Part shown: in pieces, positions 9,674 to 20,594 of the stretch
Layout: each line of letters opens with the position of its first letter
Numbering within the stretch: position 1 is the stretch's first letter
Virus record (IMG/VR): IMGVR_UViG_3300042344_000673
Coordinates: 2,078 to 66,077 of that record
Source: a virus
Taxonomy: Duplodnaviria; Caudoviricetes
Reading direction: 5' to 3' (one strand)
DNA length: 64,000 nt
Position numbers and translations under genes: made by a program
The notes under the pieces: model-generated
The model's database searches: none
Told to the model about the DNA's origin: nothing
The model's input: only the letters and a program-made list of their open reading frames with translations

Positions 9674-12600
9674 TCGGGAGATACTTTGTTTTAAATTTAT
9701 CCAAAGCTGTTTGTCCTTTCATAATTCCAAAATAGAATTGGTTAGGAGCACCTACAATAAATTCACTTCTCATGTTAGGAAAGGTTTGTCTTCTATAATT
9801 ACCGGCAGCGTCAGAGCTGAATATATACCCTCTCTGAGTTGTGTCAGGGAAAGTGGTAAAGTTTACAAAATAACTCGGTGTCGTAATTCTTCTCCTATCT
9901 AACGATTGATATGGAAAAAACTTGATTCCTGTTAAAGATGGGTTGGTTACATTATAATTTGTATACCAATCATTTTTCTCACTCCCAAAAATTGTTTGGA
10001 AGGTTAGATTTGCCGGTTGAGTAAGTTTCCACTGATAGAAAGGAACAACTTGAGATTTTATTCCGAAGTCGTAGGTTATTGCGTTTTGATTAGAATTAGG
10101 TCTGAAGTTCAGTCGACCTGGACTCAAAAAGTCCTTGTTTTGTAAATCAACTGTTGTTGAAGAAAAGAAAACTCCCATTGTTGGTTGATTCAAATCACCC
10201 ACGATAACCACAGGGTCTGAGGTCTGACCAAACACACTATAAAACTCAGGAGAAAAAGGTATAAGTCCAAGCTCACAATTTATTGACAAAAGTTGTGTTA
10301 CATCTGCATCTAATCTTTGTTTTCTTCTTTGTGATACGTTAGAAAATCTAGTAAACAATAAAGACAACGCATCGTTCTTACCAATCTGAATAAGATTTTG
10401 TAAAAATTTCCTATTTGTGATTCTCGATATGGCAAACATGTTAATCAAGTCAGATGTATCAGAATAACTTGTGGGTGCCAAAGTCCTCATTAGATAGGCG
10501 TTAGTTCCAGGGTCGAATGAAATCTCTCTATAAACTTCGTCCTTCATACCCAAATTAGCAATTGTAGTAGGAAATAATAAATTCCTCTGATTAGTTGGAG
10601 AGTCGTCTGTGATTGTAGGTCTACCTATAAATGGTTGGTTATTTGTCGAACCGGTATAATAAGGAGAACTTCTATAATAATAGTTGTTAGTATCCGCATC
10701 AAAGTATGCCAATTGTTTAGCGAAGTTAGGCCGACCTGGTTTGTTATTTTTATCGTAAATCCTATCAACTTGAATCGGGAACATAAATAAGGAACCGTTA
10801 ATCCAATTGTTTGTAAATGATTGTGCCAAAACCCCTCTACATAAACCAAAGAAAAATCTAAATCTGAAACCCCATTCTTGGAAAGTTAATATATCCTTCG
10901 TCAAATCCTTCCAAATATTTCTAGCCAATACATAACAACCATTTTCAACAGTATCCCCACTAGGACAAGAAGGTATTACACCAAAATTGACTCCATCTCC
11001 ACTATAACAGGTCAATGAAACCAAATTCTCACACTCGAAAGAATCTAAAACGTTGATAGAAGCTAATTGACCAGCAATATCCGGACTTACCAACTCAGCA
11101 CCTCCTGCCATATTTGCTGTGGTTAATTGAAATTGTCCAACAGAAACGGAATAAATCCCGAAACTCAGGTTTTGCTGTAATAATGCCGGATTGTAATTCC
11201 AATCTGAACCATCCAACGTGTCTGATGAAGGTAGACGGTCAGTTCTCATTACATTTCTAACGTTTGACGTTATTTGGAAAGGAGTAGAACCCGTAAAACT
11301 CGGAAGTAAAACTTTAGACCAATAGTACGTTATACAGTTTTCTGGTTTAAATCCTCCAGGGTATTGAGGTCCTGTGTTCACCTGTAACCAATAAAAAGCG
11401 GCTCCCGATAAATCTTCATTAGATTGATAAGTGGCGAATTGTCTTTCGGGGGTAGGAGGACTATTTAAAACAAATTTATTTGCGGTTTGTGAAACAACAC
11501 CTACGGGTAAAGAGAGGAATGGATATGCGTTCTGTGGATAATTATCCCTGTCGAGTGCCCCATAATAACCGACAGCCGACGTAGTATAAGCAGACCATTG
11601 ACTACCTCCCCTAAAGAAATGTGATGGATAAAATATGTTTGTTTGAGAATTAAATCTTTGAATTGACATAGAACTATCATTCAACTTCTGAATGGGTATG
11701 TTAATTCTAGTTGATGCGGTCACCGTAAGAGCATTCTCACTTGGGAAACCAAAAATTTTACCAATACCAAAACGATTAACATATTGTGGTGAGTATGGGT
11801 CAACCCCCCTTTGTAGAATTGTTATATATTGCGTATCAAAGTTAGGATATAAGCTTCTGATGTTATAAGGCTGAGTGTCTTGAGGTGCCCATCCGAAGGG
11901 ACCAAATTTAACATATGTTACTACTGTATTAGAATTCAATAGAGTTGGGAAATAAGGTCCTGTGGTATTGTTCCAAAGTACTGCCGCTTCGCTAACAGTA
12001 AGAGCAGTAACCACTTGATAATACTCAATATCACTTGGATAAGAATAATTTGTATTTGTAGACCCTGTTGTCAAGTTGTAATCAACACTGAGGTTGTTCA
12101 ATTGGTCATTCGGGTTACAATATTCAACAGTGTATTGAGACGCACCTGGATTGAGAGGGGTTCCACTAATTCCATTCGGGAACCCTGTCTGAGCACTATA
12201 TGCGGGTGTAAAATAGTTTCTGTCTCTCGATGAATCTGGTGTAACGAAAGTCAACATACTTCCAGTCTCAAGTTTCGTTGTTAACAAAACTGTAAGTGTG
12301 TTATCAAAATGTTGTACTTGAACGTTTCCCGGATAATCAAACGAGACACTTATTCTATTGATACCACCATTATCATCAAAATATTTTGCTCTTGTATTGA
12401 AAACGTTTATTCTCTCAGCCATCGGAAGATTTGATGAAAAAGAATAAATGTCTGAAGCTAAAGCCGCCTGTGTATTGGGAAATCTTGATACCGGTGACTT
12501 GGTGGTTTTATATATGTTTATATTATTTTGTGAAAGATTATTTGTTCCTATTGCGTTCGCAATACTCAAAGCAAATGTTTGTTGATTGTCAGGATTTTGT

Positions 12601-14567
12601 TGTGATACTGGAGGTAAAACCGTTACACTATCAATGTAATTTACAAATCTCGAAAATGGGGTAAAGAATGAGTTGTAATTGGAAACGAGTCCTTCGTATA
12701 ATGAATCACCACTACAATCACACGCAACACAAGATGGATATGTTAATGCGGGGAGTTTTATTGGCCCGAATGGCTGTTTACCTAACCATTTGGTTATGGC
12801 GTCCCACACTAAAGCAAAAGCAGCCCATTTAGCCGAAATCAATAGTTCGTAAACACCTGCTCCGGCAACTCCACTCAAAACGCCCAAAAATAACATAGCA
12901 GCAACTAAGGCGTGAAGTCCCGAGACAACCCATAGAAATGTTGAAAAGGGTTGCTTCAATTCATACAAAAATTCATAAATTCTTGCAGCTAAATGGTATG
13001 ACCATATCAAAATGGGACCCAATAGTTGTAAAACTTGTAGAAGAATTGAATAAACGAAAAAAGTCAAATCGAAATTTCTAAACCCTTCATTCACAGGAAA
13101 CTTATTAATAGTTTGTTCACAACTATCATTGTTAATTTCTTTGATTCCAACAAATCTACCCCTAGCACCATTTTTAAATTCGTCTATCAAACCGGCAACT
13201 GTGTAAACTCTGTTAAATGAGAATTGATAAAACGTGTCTTCGCAATCAATTACCTCCTGAAGTCTATTCAATTTAGCTTGTCCTGTAAATCCTTGCGTGT
13301 ATCCTGACCAATCCAAACCGAAATAATATGAACTCTTTAAGCTGTCTGGTGGAGTAAAAAATGAATTCGGGTCTGTGTTGATGTCAGGCCATCCATACTC
13401 TTTCACGTTCGGTACAAGATAGTATGGTCTCCTCACTTGTTCAGTAAGGTTCTGTGATTGCTGCCACTTTATCTTGAATCTATATTTGGCCCTTGTTGGA
13501 ATACCAATAGCAGGGTCATTTGATAGAACAGTTTCTCCGAACTCGTTAGTGACTAAATAATCCAAATTCATTGGTAACTCCACAACCCATGTCCCATCAC
13601 CATCTATTAAGTTACCATTTTGTTCCAAACCATATCTTTCTATTATCGGATTACCATCCTCGTCTTGAAAAATTGTTTGTCTTATAGCAACGATTTGTCC
13701 CGGACCCGCCTGTAAACCACATAAGTTACCAAAATCATCTCTCGGTCTTGCGTTTTTCCTTATTCTGAAGTTGTCACCTGTGGAGTAGATTGAGCCCATG
13801 AAAACAGCCGTCGGTTGAATATCAACGTTAGCGTCATCTCTCAAATCAAAATCCATTCGATTGATAGCAATTTGACAAAGTGACTCATCTCCCCAAAGAG
13901 GAGCAATTTCTATATTCCTGTTGAAGGATATGATTTGAGGTAGTGAATTCAGGTCGTTCGATGTCCTGAATGTGTTCCCGTTTACTTGGGATTCTGTTGC
14001 CAAACCCATTCTAATCAAATCTTGAGGAGTGAGTGAAAACTCCCCTATATCAGACAAATCAACATCCATGAAAAGTAGTTGGTCTCCCAATGGAGCACCC
14101 ATAATCATGTAATCACCACTATCATTGGTTTTAGTAGTGAATTTATAATATTTGTCATATATTTCTACAACTGTACTTCCTGTAAGAGCGTCTGCTCGTG
14201 TTGGTAATGTCCCTGTTGCGGCATGTGTTGAATAGGATTTTTCGTATGGAAGAAGATTATATCTGTACCCATCTTCATTTTTATCATCCACTGATTTATA
14301 TGGATAGATACTTGTTATTATAGGGTTGGATTCATCAATCGATTCTATCGGTATGAATATCGAAACTCTCGCATTTGGAATTCCAAAACCACCGTTAGCT
14401 GTGACTCTACCTACAACCACACCATAATCAGCACAATTCCTATTATAGATTTCAGATTGTAATATTTTCAAGGACAGGATTTCTAAAAATTCGAAATCTT
14501 GGTCTAACTGTATGTTCAGCGTTTTGTTGGTACCTAACTCTGTTCTAATTCTATAGGATTGTCCCAT
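9666..14567 (-). CDS. Large virion-associated protein with N-terminal prealbumin/carboxypeptidase-regulatory-like domain and internal hydrophobic helices
   Basis: VVGRVTANGGFGIPNARVSI...TKTNDSGDYMI; long hydrophobic stretch near aa 500-600; follows the gp6-like gene. Confidence 0.55.
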   Translation of the reverse strand: MGQSYRIRTELGTNKTLNIQLDQDFEFLEILSLKILQSEIYNRNCADYGVVVGRVTANGGFGIPNARVSIFIPIESIDESNPIITSIYPYKSVDDKNEDGYRYNLLPYEKSYSTHAATGTLPTRADALTGSTVVEIYDKYYKFTTKTNDSGDYMIMGAPLGDQLLFMDVDLSDIGEFSLTPQDLIRMGLATESQVNGNTFRTSNDLNSLPQIISFNRNIEIAPLWGDESLCQIAINRMDFDLRDDANVDIQPTAVFMGSIYSTGDNFRIRKNARPRDDFGNLCGLQAGPGQIVAIRQTIFQDEDGNPIIERYGLEQNGNLIDGDGTWVVELPMNLDYLVTNEFGETVLSNDPAIGIPTRAKYRFKIKWQQSQNLTEQVRRPYYLVPNVKEYGWPDINTDPNSFFTPPDSLKSSYYFGLDWSGYTQGFTGQAKLNRLQEVIDCEDTFYQFSFNRVYTVAGLIDEFKNGARGRFVGIKEINNDSCEQTINKFPVNEGFRNFDLTFFVYSILLQVLQLLGPILIWSYHLAARIYEFLYELKQPFSTFLWVVSGLHALVAAMLFLGVLSGVAGAGVYELLISAKWAAFALVWDAITKWLGKQPFGPIKLPALTYPSCVACDCSGDSLYEGLVSNYNSFFTPFSRFVNYIDSVTVLPPVSQQNPDNQQTFALSIANAIGTNNLSQNNINIYKTTKSPVSRFPNTQAALASDIYSFSSNLPMAERINVFNTRAKYFDDNGGINRISVSFDYPGNVQVQHFDNTLTVLLTTKLETGSMLTFVTPDSSRDRNYFTPAYSAQTGFPNGISGTPLNPGASQYTVEYCNPNDQLNNLSVDYNLTTGSTNTNYSYPSDIEYYQVVTALTVSEAAVLWNNTTGPYFPTLLNSNTVVTYVKFGPFGWAPQDTQPYNIRSLYPNFDTQYITILQRGVDPYSPQYVNRFGIGKIFGFPSENALTVTASTRINIPIQKLNDSSMSIQRFNSQTNIFYPSHFFRGGSQWSAYTTSAVGYYGALDRDNYPQNAYPFLSLPVGVVSQTANKFVLNSPPTPERQFATYQSNEDLSGAAFYWLQVNTGPQYPGGFKPENCITYYWSKVLLPSFTGSTPFQITSNVRNVMRTDRLPSSDTLDGSDWNYNPALLQQNLSFGIYSVSVGQFQLTTANMAGGAELVSPDIAGQLASINVLDSFECENLVSLTCYSGDGVNFGVIPSCPSGDTVENGCYVLARNIWKDLTKDILTFQEWGFRFRFFFGLCRGVLAQSFTNNWINGSLFMFPIQVDRIYDKNNKPGRPNFAKQLAYFDADTNNYYYRSSPYYTGSTNNQPFIGRPTITDDSPTNQRNLLFPTTIANLGMKDEVYREISFDPGTNAYLMRTLAPTSYSDTSDLINMFAISRITNRKFLQNLIQIGKNDALSLLFTRFSNVSQRRKQRLDADVTQLLSINCELGLIPFSPEFYSVFGQTSDPVVIVGDLNQPTMGVFFSSTTVDLQNKDFLSPGRLNFRPNSNQNAITYDFGIKSQVVPFYQWKLTQPANLTFQTIFGSEKNDWYTNYNVTNPSLTGIKFFPYQSLDRRRITTPSYFVNFTTFPDTTQRGYIFSSDAAGNYRRQTFPNMRSEFIVGAPNQFYFGIMKGQTALDKFKTKYLPNE

Positions 14568-14652
14568 TAAAGACTTTTGTAATAAATAGTTTATGTGTAA
14601 TTTTTAAAGAATACACACAACTCAATTATAGTCGTAATAATTGAATAATAAA

Positions 14653-16491
14653 TTAAGACAAGGTAACTGTTTGGAAATTCTTAACTGAAACTCTAATATC
14701 TTTATTAGGATATCTTATTTGATAAACTTGACTCGGTTGAGCGAATATTGTGTCATCTACAGGTTGAATTAACTTTGTTGCCGGGTCAGCGTATTCCATC
14801 GATGTTTCCGCTGACGAGTATTGACCCCCCACTTCATTAAAAATATCTAAGCTGGCCACAGTCAGAACACCATTAGTGTTTTGTACAATACTTTTAATTT
14901 CGGAAAGGTAAACATTTTGACCCAATTGTCTGAGTTGTGGGTTGAAATAAGTAGATATCTTATCAATAACATTTGTGATTACTTGTCCTGAGTTTTGTGC
15001 CGAGTCGAGTACTATAGAAATATCAACACTTAAGTCGATAACTTCAGCACTGAAAATAGAAATATAATCGTTCATCATTCGATAGTTCGAAAGATAGCTG
15101 GCAATGTTTTGTCTCATCGTATTAGAAACAATTGAAGTCAGTTTCCCTGAAGAGTCGTATGATAAAATTTGTATTAAAATCTTATTGTTATTTTCAGTTA
15201 TGGAAACTTTAGCAGGTGCTCCAAACTGAGAAGGCATGTTTCTTATAATTGACTCATAGTCTTGAACGGTAACAGCTCTCTTTTGAGCCGCAAAATTATA
15301 TGTAACATAATTCCTAACTTCTTCTATATTAGGTGCTCCCGCTCCACCGACAGCCGCTGTTACGTTTGTACATCTCAATGAGTTGACAACTGATTGGTTT
15401 GTTTGTTCGGAGGGTCCGTTAACAAAGAACGAGACAGTACCCACTTGATTAATTACGTTTGTACCTAAGTTTGTCCCCAATCCACCTCCAACTCTATATT
15501 GTATAAACAATGTTGAATTAGGTGATAACGTAGAACCTAACGAAAAGTTATTTGAGTATTTTTGTAAATCCAACGTTGTTCCTAAAGTGGTGAATTGATT
15601 TAAGGCGTCTTGAGCAGTGTTTGTTCCACCACCGAAAGTTAGTTTTTTGAAACCCTCTGAAGTATATTCAGAAATAAAACGATTTTGAGTTTGTATATAT
15701 CTACCCACCTTGATTCCTGGTTGGTCAGAAACTTTTGTTGGGTCTTCAACCCAAACTCTATCTTCTGCTAAGGCGTCTACTTCGTACCATTTATTTTCAA
15801 GACCTAAAAACTCCGACACAGTCGGTACATTCGTATATTGTGTGCCATTCTTTAAGAGGACACTTGTGATACCCAATACGTTTTTTTCAGGTAGGTATAA
15901 CTCGAAGAACGGCTTTACATCGTTTGGAGAGATAACTCTTTTAAATACTTTTGTAATACCGTTAACAACTATCTCCCTTTTTGTTATTGTGTAATTTAAT
16001 AAAACTCCATTACCATTAAAGTTCGGAATTTTTAACCTATTGAGAACCCCTTGAGAATTGTAAGGTGATGAAAAATCAATGTCCTCGACATTTTCAAAAA
16101 CTATTCCGGCGCCGACTACCTGAGACCCCCTCTGAAGAATTCCCAAATATCTTTCATCTTCTTTATCTCCGAAAACAGGAACTGTGATAGAAAAATCAAC
16201 AATAGCAACTGAAGGTCTTTGTCCAGGTATTTTTAAACCGTAAGTTCTGGCTATATTATAAACAGAATTTTTCTGTTGGGCATACTGTAAAACTGTTTCT
16301 TGAACACTCCTGTCTATATTATAGTTGAGATTGTCGGCAACTGCCGCGTTCAAATCCAAGAACACTGAAAAAACCGAAGCGTCGTTAAAATCCTGAATAA
16401 GTTCCGGATAATATGTTCTAACATAATTTTGAAGTTCAGTTCTAATTGCCTGAAAATCTCTGGTTGCGTACGATATTTTTCTGTTTGCCAT
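14653..16491 (-). CDS. Baseplate wedge protein (T4 gp6/P2 gpJ-like)
   Basis: YATRDFQAIRTEL, YRVGGG, GGAGAP, QKRAVTVQDY motifs; next to gp25-like gene. Confidence 0.9.
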   Translation of the reverse strand: MANRKISYATRDFQAIRTELQNYVRTYYPELIQDFNDASVFSVFLDLNAAVADNLNYNIDRSVQETVLQYAQQKNSVYNIARTYGLKIPGQRPSVAIVDFSITVPVFGDKEDERYLGILQRGSQVVGAGIVFENVEDIDFSSPYNSQGVLNRLKIPNFNGNGVLLNYTITKREIVVNGITKVFKRVISPNDVKPFFELYLPEKNVLGITSVLLKNGTQYTNVPTVSEFLGLENKWYEVDALAEDRVWVEDPTKVSDQPGIKVGRYIQTQNRFISEYTSEGFKKLTFGGGTNTAQDALNQFTTLGTTLDLQKYSNNFSLGSTLSPNSTLFIQYRVGGGLGTNLGTNVINQVGTVSFFVNGPSEQTNQSVVNSLRCTNVTAAVGGAGAPNIEEVRNYVTYNFAAQKRAVTVQDYESIIRNMPSQFGAPAKVSITENNNKILIQILSYDSSGKLTSIVSNTMRQNIASYLSNYRMMNDYISIFSAEVIDLSVDISIVLDSAQNSGQVITNVIDKISTYFNPQLRQLGQNVYLSEIKSIVQNTNGVLTVASLDIFNEVGGQYSSAETSMEYADPATKLIQPVDDTIFAQPSQVYQIRYPNKDIRVSVKNFQTVTLS

Positions 16492-16496
16492 CTATG

Positions 16497-16970
16497 TTAA
16501 ATATTAACAATAACAAAATCACTTTCAGCAAACGTTTGTCCGTTTGTAGAATAGTCAATTCTTATTTTTGCCGTATACTCAGAGGTCCCTTTACCAGGCA
16601 CTCTGAGGATATCATATACTCTGGTATCACCAGGTTGTGACCTATAAGTTAGGGTATCAACTTCATCAGCAGAATCGGCAGGTTCTATGGTTATTTTATT
16701 AACCAAAAGGTTCGGCATAAATCTTTGTATAGAATCTCGAATATCGGCCTCAATGGCTGAAAAGGTTAAACCATCAAACGGTTCAAACAAAAACTCATAA
16801 AGTCTTGTACCAAACTCTGGTAAGTAATATCTGGCACCTTTCCTTGTTAATAGTAAGTGTGTAAGGTCTGCTCTTATTTGTTGTGCCCTATAGTCTGTGA
16901 CTTGAAGATAATCTCCTTGGAGTGAGTCGGCAAAAGGGAAATTTATCCCATATGTAATTCCATTAGCCAT
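16497..16970 (-). CDS. Baseplate wedge/sheath initiator (T4 gp25/gpW-like)
   Basis: GINFPF...LLLTRKGARYYLPEFGTRLYEFLFEP. Confidence 0.9.
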   Translation of the reverse strand: MANGITYGINFPFADSLQGDYLQVTDYRAQQIRADLTHLLLTRKGARYYLPEFGTRLYEFLFEPFDGLTFSAIEADIRDSIQRFMPNLLVNKITIEPADSADEVDTLTYRSQPGDTRVYDILRVPGKGTSEYTAKIRIDYSTNGQTFAESDFVIVNI

Positions 16971-16984
16971 ATGAGATAAATATA

Positions 16985-17182
16985 TTAGTTAGTTTTTTTT
17001 GTTAAAGTATTACCGGGAATATGTCTAGGGTCATAAGGACAATGTTTACATTTAAAACCACAACAATATCCACGATTTAAATGATAAGCCTCAGTCAAAA
17101 CGACTAAACCATTTTCATTGTGATAGTAAAAAGAAGGGTCAAGCTTTATTTGCTTGACCCCTTTTGGATTTTCTTTTTCCAT
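16985..17182 (-). CDS. Small Cys-rich protein (DUF5522-like)
   Basis: VVLTEAYHLNRGYCCGFKCKHCPY. Confidence 0.7.
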   Translation of the reverse strand: MEKENPKGVKQIKLDPSFYYHNENGLVVLTEAYHLNRGYCCGFKCKHCPYDPRHIPGNTLTKKTN

Positions 17183-17185
17183 TAA

Positions 17186-19048
17186 TTAAGCCATTACTAT
17201 TTCACAAGCACCACCAGCACATGCCACTTCACCACTTAAGTTTGTATCATCGTTTTCTTCAACGATTTTTGACAAATCAATCTCATGTAAAGTTTTCATT
17301 AGCTCTTCGTATTTTTCTTTAGTACAATCTTCGAATGGTGCTTGGATATATGTACCACCATCATATGGTAACACTGACAATCCATTATAGTGTTCTCTAT
17401 TTTCCCACATCCATTCACCAACAGCAGGCCACTCATGTTCTCTAATTGAGACCGTAGCACTTACATTGTGTGAGTTCGAACCACTTCTGTGAGCGGGTTT
17501 AATCCATTCCGTATGAACTTTCTTAACTCTTTCTAAGAGTTGGATTGGAGATTCATTTCTAAGAATTGAACCTTCGGGTGCTCTTTGTGGGATTCCAATT
17601 ACCGCAGTATCGTGTGGTCTGAAATATTCGTCCTCAATTAATTCAGGATGATTTTTTTGTAAATGAGAATAGATTGCCTCATTTTTACCAACACGTACTC
17701 TTCTAATATAATATTCGTTATGCCAAGCGTGAATTCCTGATGAGGTTCCAAGTGTCAACGAAGTTGTTCCTGCTGGTTTAACGGTTGTTGTTCTTGCCGC
17801 CTGATTAATACCAAGGATTTCCGCAACTCTCTTATTTTCTTCTTTAACAACCTTAGCAGCTGCTTTCATATCTAATTTAAGAACAGCCCCTGAACCGATA
17901 CCTGTCATTGAAATTCCAATCAAAGCATCTTTTTCAGTTGTTCTTTGCCAAATAGGTCTAAGATAATGAAAATCAGTGTATCCAGCCTGTAGTGTCCCAA
18001 TAAAGGTCGCCGCTTTAACTCTTCCTTCGTAATCTTCTTGAGATACTACGTTTGACACGTTAACCTCAGTTAAATTACAGAATTGGAAAGGTCTAAGAGC
18101 AATTTCACAACATGGATTGGTTCCCCAATCTTTATCATTTGTCAAATAGATACCAGGTTCACCGGCCCCACTATTCTCAATTCTTTTCCAAAGTTCCATA
18201 AAATAATCTTTGGTAATCTTGTGTCTCACCAATACTGCTGAGTTGTTAGCTCTTCCTCTCTGAGGATTCGTTTCCCACCAAGAGCCACTCTTACAACCAA
18301 TCATTTCATCGTCAGTTGCTGAGAATAAAGAGATTAGTGCCGCTCTTCTGATACCACCAGCCAATACCGCATCAGCAATATGACAAACCATATCATGAAC
18401 TTCAATTGCTTTGAGTTTTTCTCCACCTTCCTTAGAATCAAGGATACCCTCTAATTTAATTAAACACTCCTTGAGAGGTTGAGGACCAGGAGCTTTTCCG
18501 CCTGATGTAACCAATCTAGCACCTTTCGGTCTGATGTCACTAAAATCGAATTGAATATGTGAACCTCCGAAGAAATAAGATTTCACTAATACTTTTACCG
18601 CGTCAGCCCAACCTTCGATGGAGTCTGCCACCAACCATCTTCTACTTCTCTCTTTTGATGGTTTTCTAATCTCAGGTAATAATTCAACGTGATGTTTTTG
18701 AACTGAGTATCCAACACCTGTTCCCCCAAGTAACAAGAACATGATTTCTGAGAATACTCTCCAGTCATCAACAGGAGCGTAAGCACAGTTGTAAATTCTA
18801 TTAGGTGAAATATCAATAGGTTTACCAGCGAACTGCATTGACCTCATTGATGGGAGAACTTGTTTTTTGAATACATACATGTAGTTCTCTCTGATTTCTT
18901 TTTCAAGTTGTGGATACTTTTTGATATGCATATCCATGTTTCTTGTGACAAGTTCTTGCCACGTCTCTCTTCTCTTCAATTCCGGAATGTACTTAGCATA
19001 CTTCATGTACACTGTGATGTCCGATAAAATCCTGTTCGAAATGTCCAT
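17186..19048 (-). CDS. nrdJ: Class II (adenosylcobalamin-dependent) ribonucleotide reductase
   Basis: LPSMR, YNCAY, TNPCCEI, TVKPAGT, C-terminal ACAGGACEI; no class I small subunit nearby. Confidence 0.9.
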   Translation of the reverse strand: MDISNRILSDITVYMKYAKYIPELKRRETWQELVTRNMDMHIKKYPQLEKEIRENYMYVFKKQVLPSMRSMQFAGKPIDISPNRIYNCAYAPVDDWRVFSEIMFLLLGGTGVGYSVQKHHVELLPEIRKPSKERSRRWLVADSIEGWADAVKVLVKSYFFGGSHIQFDFSDIRPKGARLVTSGGKAPGPQPLKECLIKLEGILDSKEGGEKLKAIEVHDMVCHIADAVLAGGIRRAALISLFSATDDEMIGCKSGSWWETNPQRGRANNSAVLVRHKITKDYFMELWKRIENSGAGEPGIYLTNDKDWGTNPCCEIALRPFQFCNLTEVNVSNVVSQEDYEGRVKAATFIGTLQAGYTDFHYLRPIWQRTTEKDALIGISMTGIGSGAVLKLDMKAAAKVVKEENKRVAEILGINQAARTTTVKPAGTTSLTLGTSSGIHAWHNEYYIRRVRVGKNEAIYSHLQKNHPELIEDEYFRPHDTAVIGIPQRAPEGSILRNESPIQLLERVKKVHTEWIKPAHRSGSNSHNVSATVSIREHEWPAVGEWMWENREHYNGLSVLPYDGGTYIQAPFEDCTKEKYEELMKTLHEIDLSKIVEENDDTNLSGEVACAGGACEIVMA

Positions 19049-19183
19049 TTTTTAAGTTTTTGTTAGTTTGTATTTTTTATCAAAAAATCGGTGATTTTTA
19101 TGATAAATATAATGTTGTGTTATAAGCGACCTTGTTTTTTTATAAAAAAAATTAAGTTTTTTTTGAAAAAAGTAGATATTTAA

Positions 19184-20560
19184 TTAGCTAGTTTTTTCTT
19201 CCCGTTGTCTTCTTTTTTCTAAAAGTTCTCTGACTCTATCTCTCTTCTTTTCTTCTTGTTGTTCTTCAAAACCTAAGAATGTTATTGAGGACTCTGTATC
19301 GATTTCTAATAGTTCATTATTGAACTTACAATTTTCGAATACAACACCGTCTTTACCCAATCTCGATTTAGTAATCGCGATTGTCGCCAGATTCATTTCT
19401 TTTTGTTGGAGTGTTTTGGCAACTGTTATAATAACGTGTCCGACTTGTGCTTTTTTGATTGAACCGCCCATTTGGTCTGTGGTTACAACTTCAGATGAGA
19501 TTGAACTTCTGTTACCTTGTGTTGCCGTCCATCCAACCAAATTGAGTTCGTGACACATTGCTTCAAAAGCTCTCATTACTGAACCTTCGGCTTTCCACTC
19601 ATCTTTAGCACTTTGTTCTGGAAGAACACAATCGATATAATCCAAAAGAATTAAATCAATCTTTGTACCATCAGCAATGATTTTACGAACTTGATTCTTG
19701 ATTGAACCCATTGTGACAGTATCCGAAGCCAACTTTTTCAGGATTAACTTATTTTTCATAGTCTCCTGAATTTCGGTGATTTTTGATAAAACATCTTCTT
19801 TGTGAAGGGCTAACTCGTCAGGAGCTATACCTGTCCAAATTGTAAAATGTTTTCTTTGAACAATTTTAGGATTGTCTTCAAAAAATATTTGTAAGACATT
19901 GTATCCCATATTGAACGCTGTGTTGGCTATCTTAGTGAGAATTGTAGTTTTACCCACACCAGTTGGTGCCAATATAACTCCAATCTCCCCTTTCGCCAGT
20001 CCACCTTTGAGCAGTTTGTCAATACCTTGAATTCCCATAGGGATTGGATGTCTGTAGTCCTCTTCCAATACAGTGTCAAGTCCAGTGAAGATGTCAGAAA
20101 CATTTTTTTCAACCTCCCCAACTTGTAGGGCTTCTCTAACTAAACCTTCAACTTTGTCATAGGATTCGAAGTCTCCCTCGGTAATAATCTTTTGGGCTTT
20201 GTCCATGGCTTTTTGTAACTCTTGTTGTTTACAAAATTTCAAAGCCTTTTCTTGGACAAATTGGGTACCTTCAAAGGGTGCGTCTTTGACTTGTTTTAGT
20301 GTGTCCAAAACAATTTTAGCAACTAACTCTTGTGTAATCTCAGACTTGATGAGTTGTTCTAATGTCTCAAAGTTTGGTGCCGACTCATATTTTTTATGGT
20401 ACTCTTTGATTAACTGTAAAATTATCTTGAAATACTTGTTGTCAAAATATGATGGTTCTATTACATCAATAATGGAAGATGTAAAATCTTTATCTTCCAT
20501 TAATTGATTGAGTAATTGTATTTGAAACGTGTTCCCTAAATAGTCAAAATTTTTATTCAT
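19184..20560 (-). CDS. Replicative DNA helicase (DnaB/T4 gp41-like)
   Basis: Walker A APTGVGKT, Walker B LDYID, WTATQGNR, KSRLG. Confidence 0.92.
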   Translation of the reverse strand: MNKNFDYLGNTFQIQLLNQLMEDKDFTSSIIDVIEPSYFDNKYFKIILQLIKEYHKKYESAPNFETLEQLIKSEITQELVAKIVLDTLKQVKDAPFEGTQFVQEKALKFCKQQELQKAMDKAQKIITEGDFESYDKVEGLVREALQVGEVEKNVSDIFTGLDTVLEEDYRHPIPMGIQGIDKLLKGGLAKGEIGVILAPTGVGKTTILTKIANTAFNMGYNVLQIFFEDNPKIVQRKHFTIWTGIAPDELALHKEDVLSKITEIQETMKNKLILKKLASDTVTMGSIKNQVRKIIADGTKIDLILLDYIDCVLPEQSAKDEWKAEGSVMRAFEAMCHELNLVGWTATQGNRSSISSEVVTTDQMGGSIKKAQVGHVIITVAKTLQQKEMNLATIAITKSRLGKDGVVFENCKFNNELLEIDTESSITFLGFEEQQEEKKRDRVRELLEKRRQREEKTS

Positions 20561-20594
20561 AAACTATATCTATACCCCTTCATTAATTAAATAT

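Noticed and set aside
14594-14617. TGTGTA...TACACA inverted repeat between gp6-like and next gene
   Set aside because: AT-rich, weak stem without a clear U-tract; function unsupported
19105-19121. Possible NrdR box upstream of nrdJ (ACACAACAT...)
   Set aside because: Only a half-site resembles the consensus; no second box
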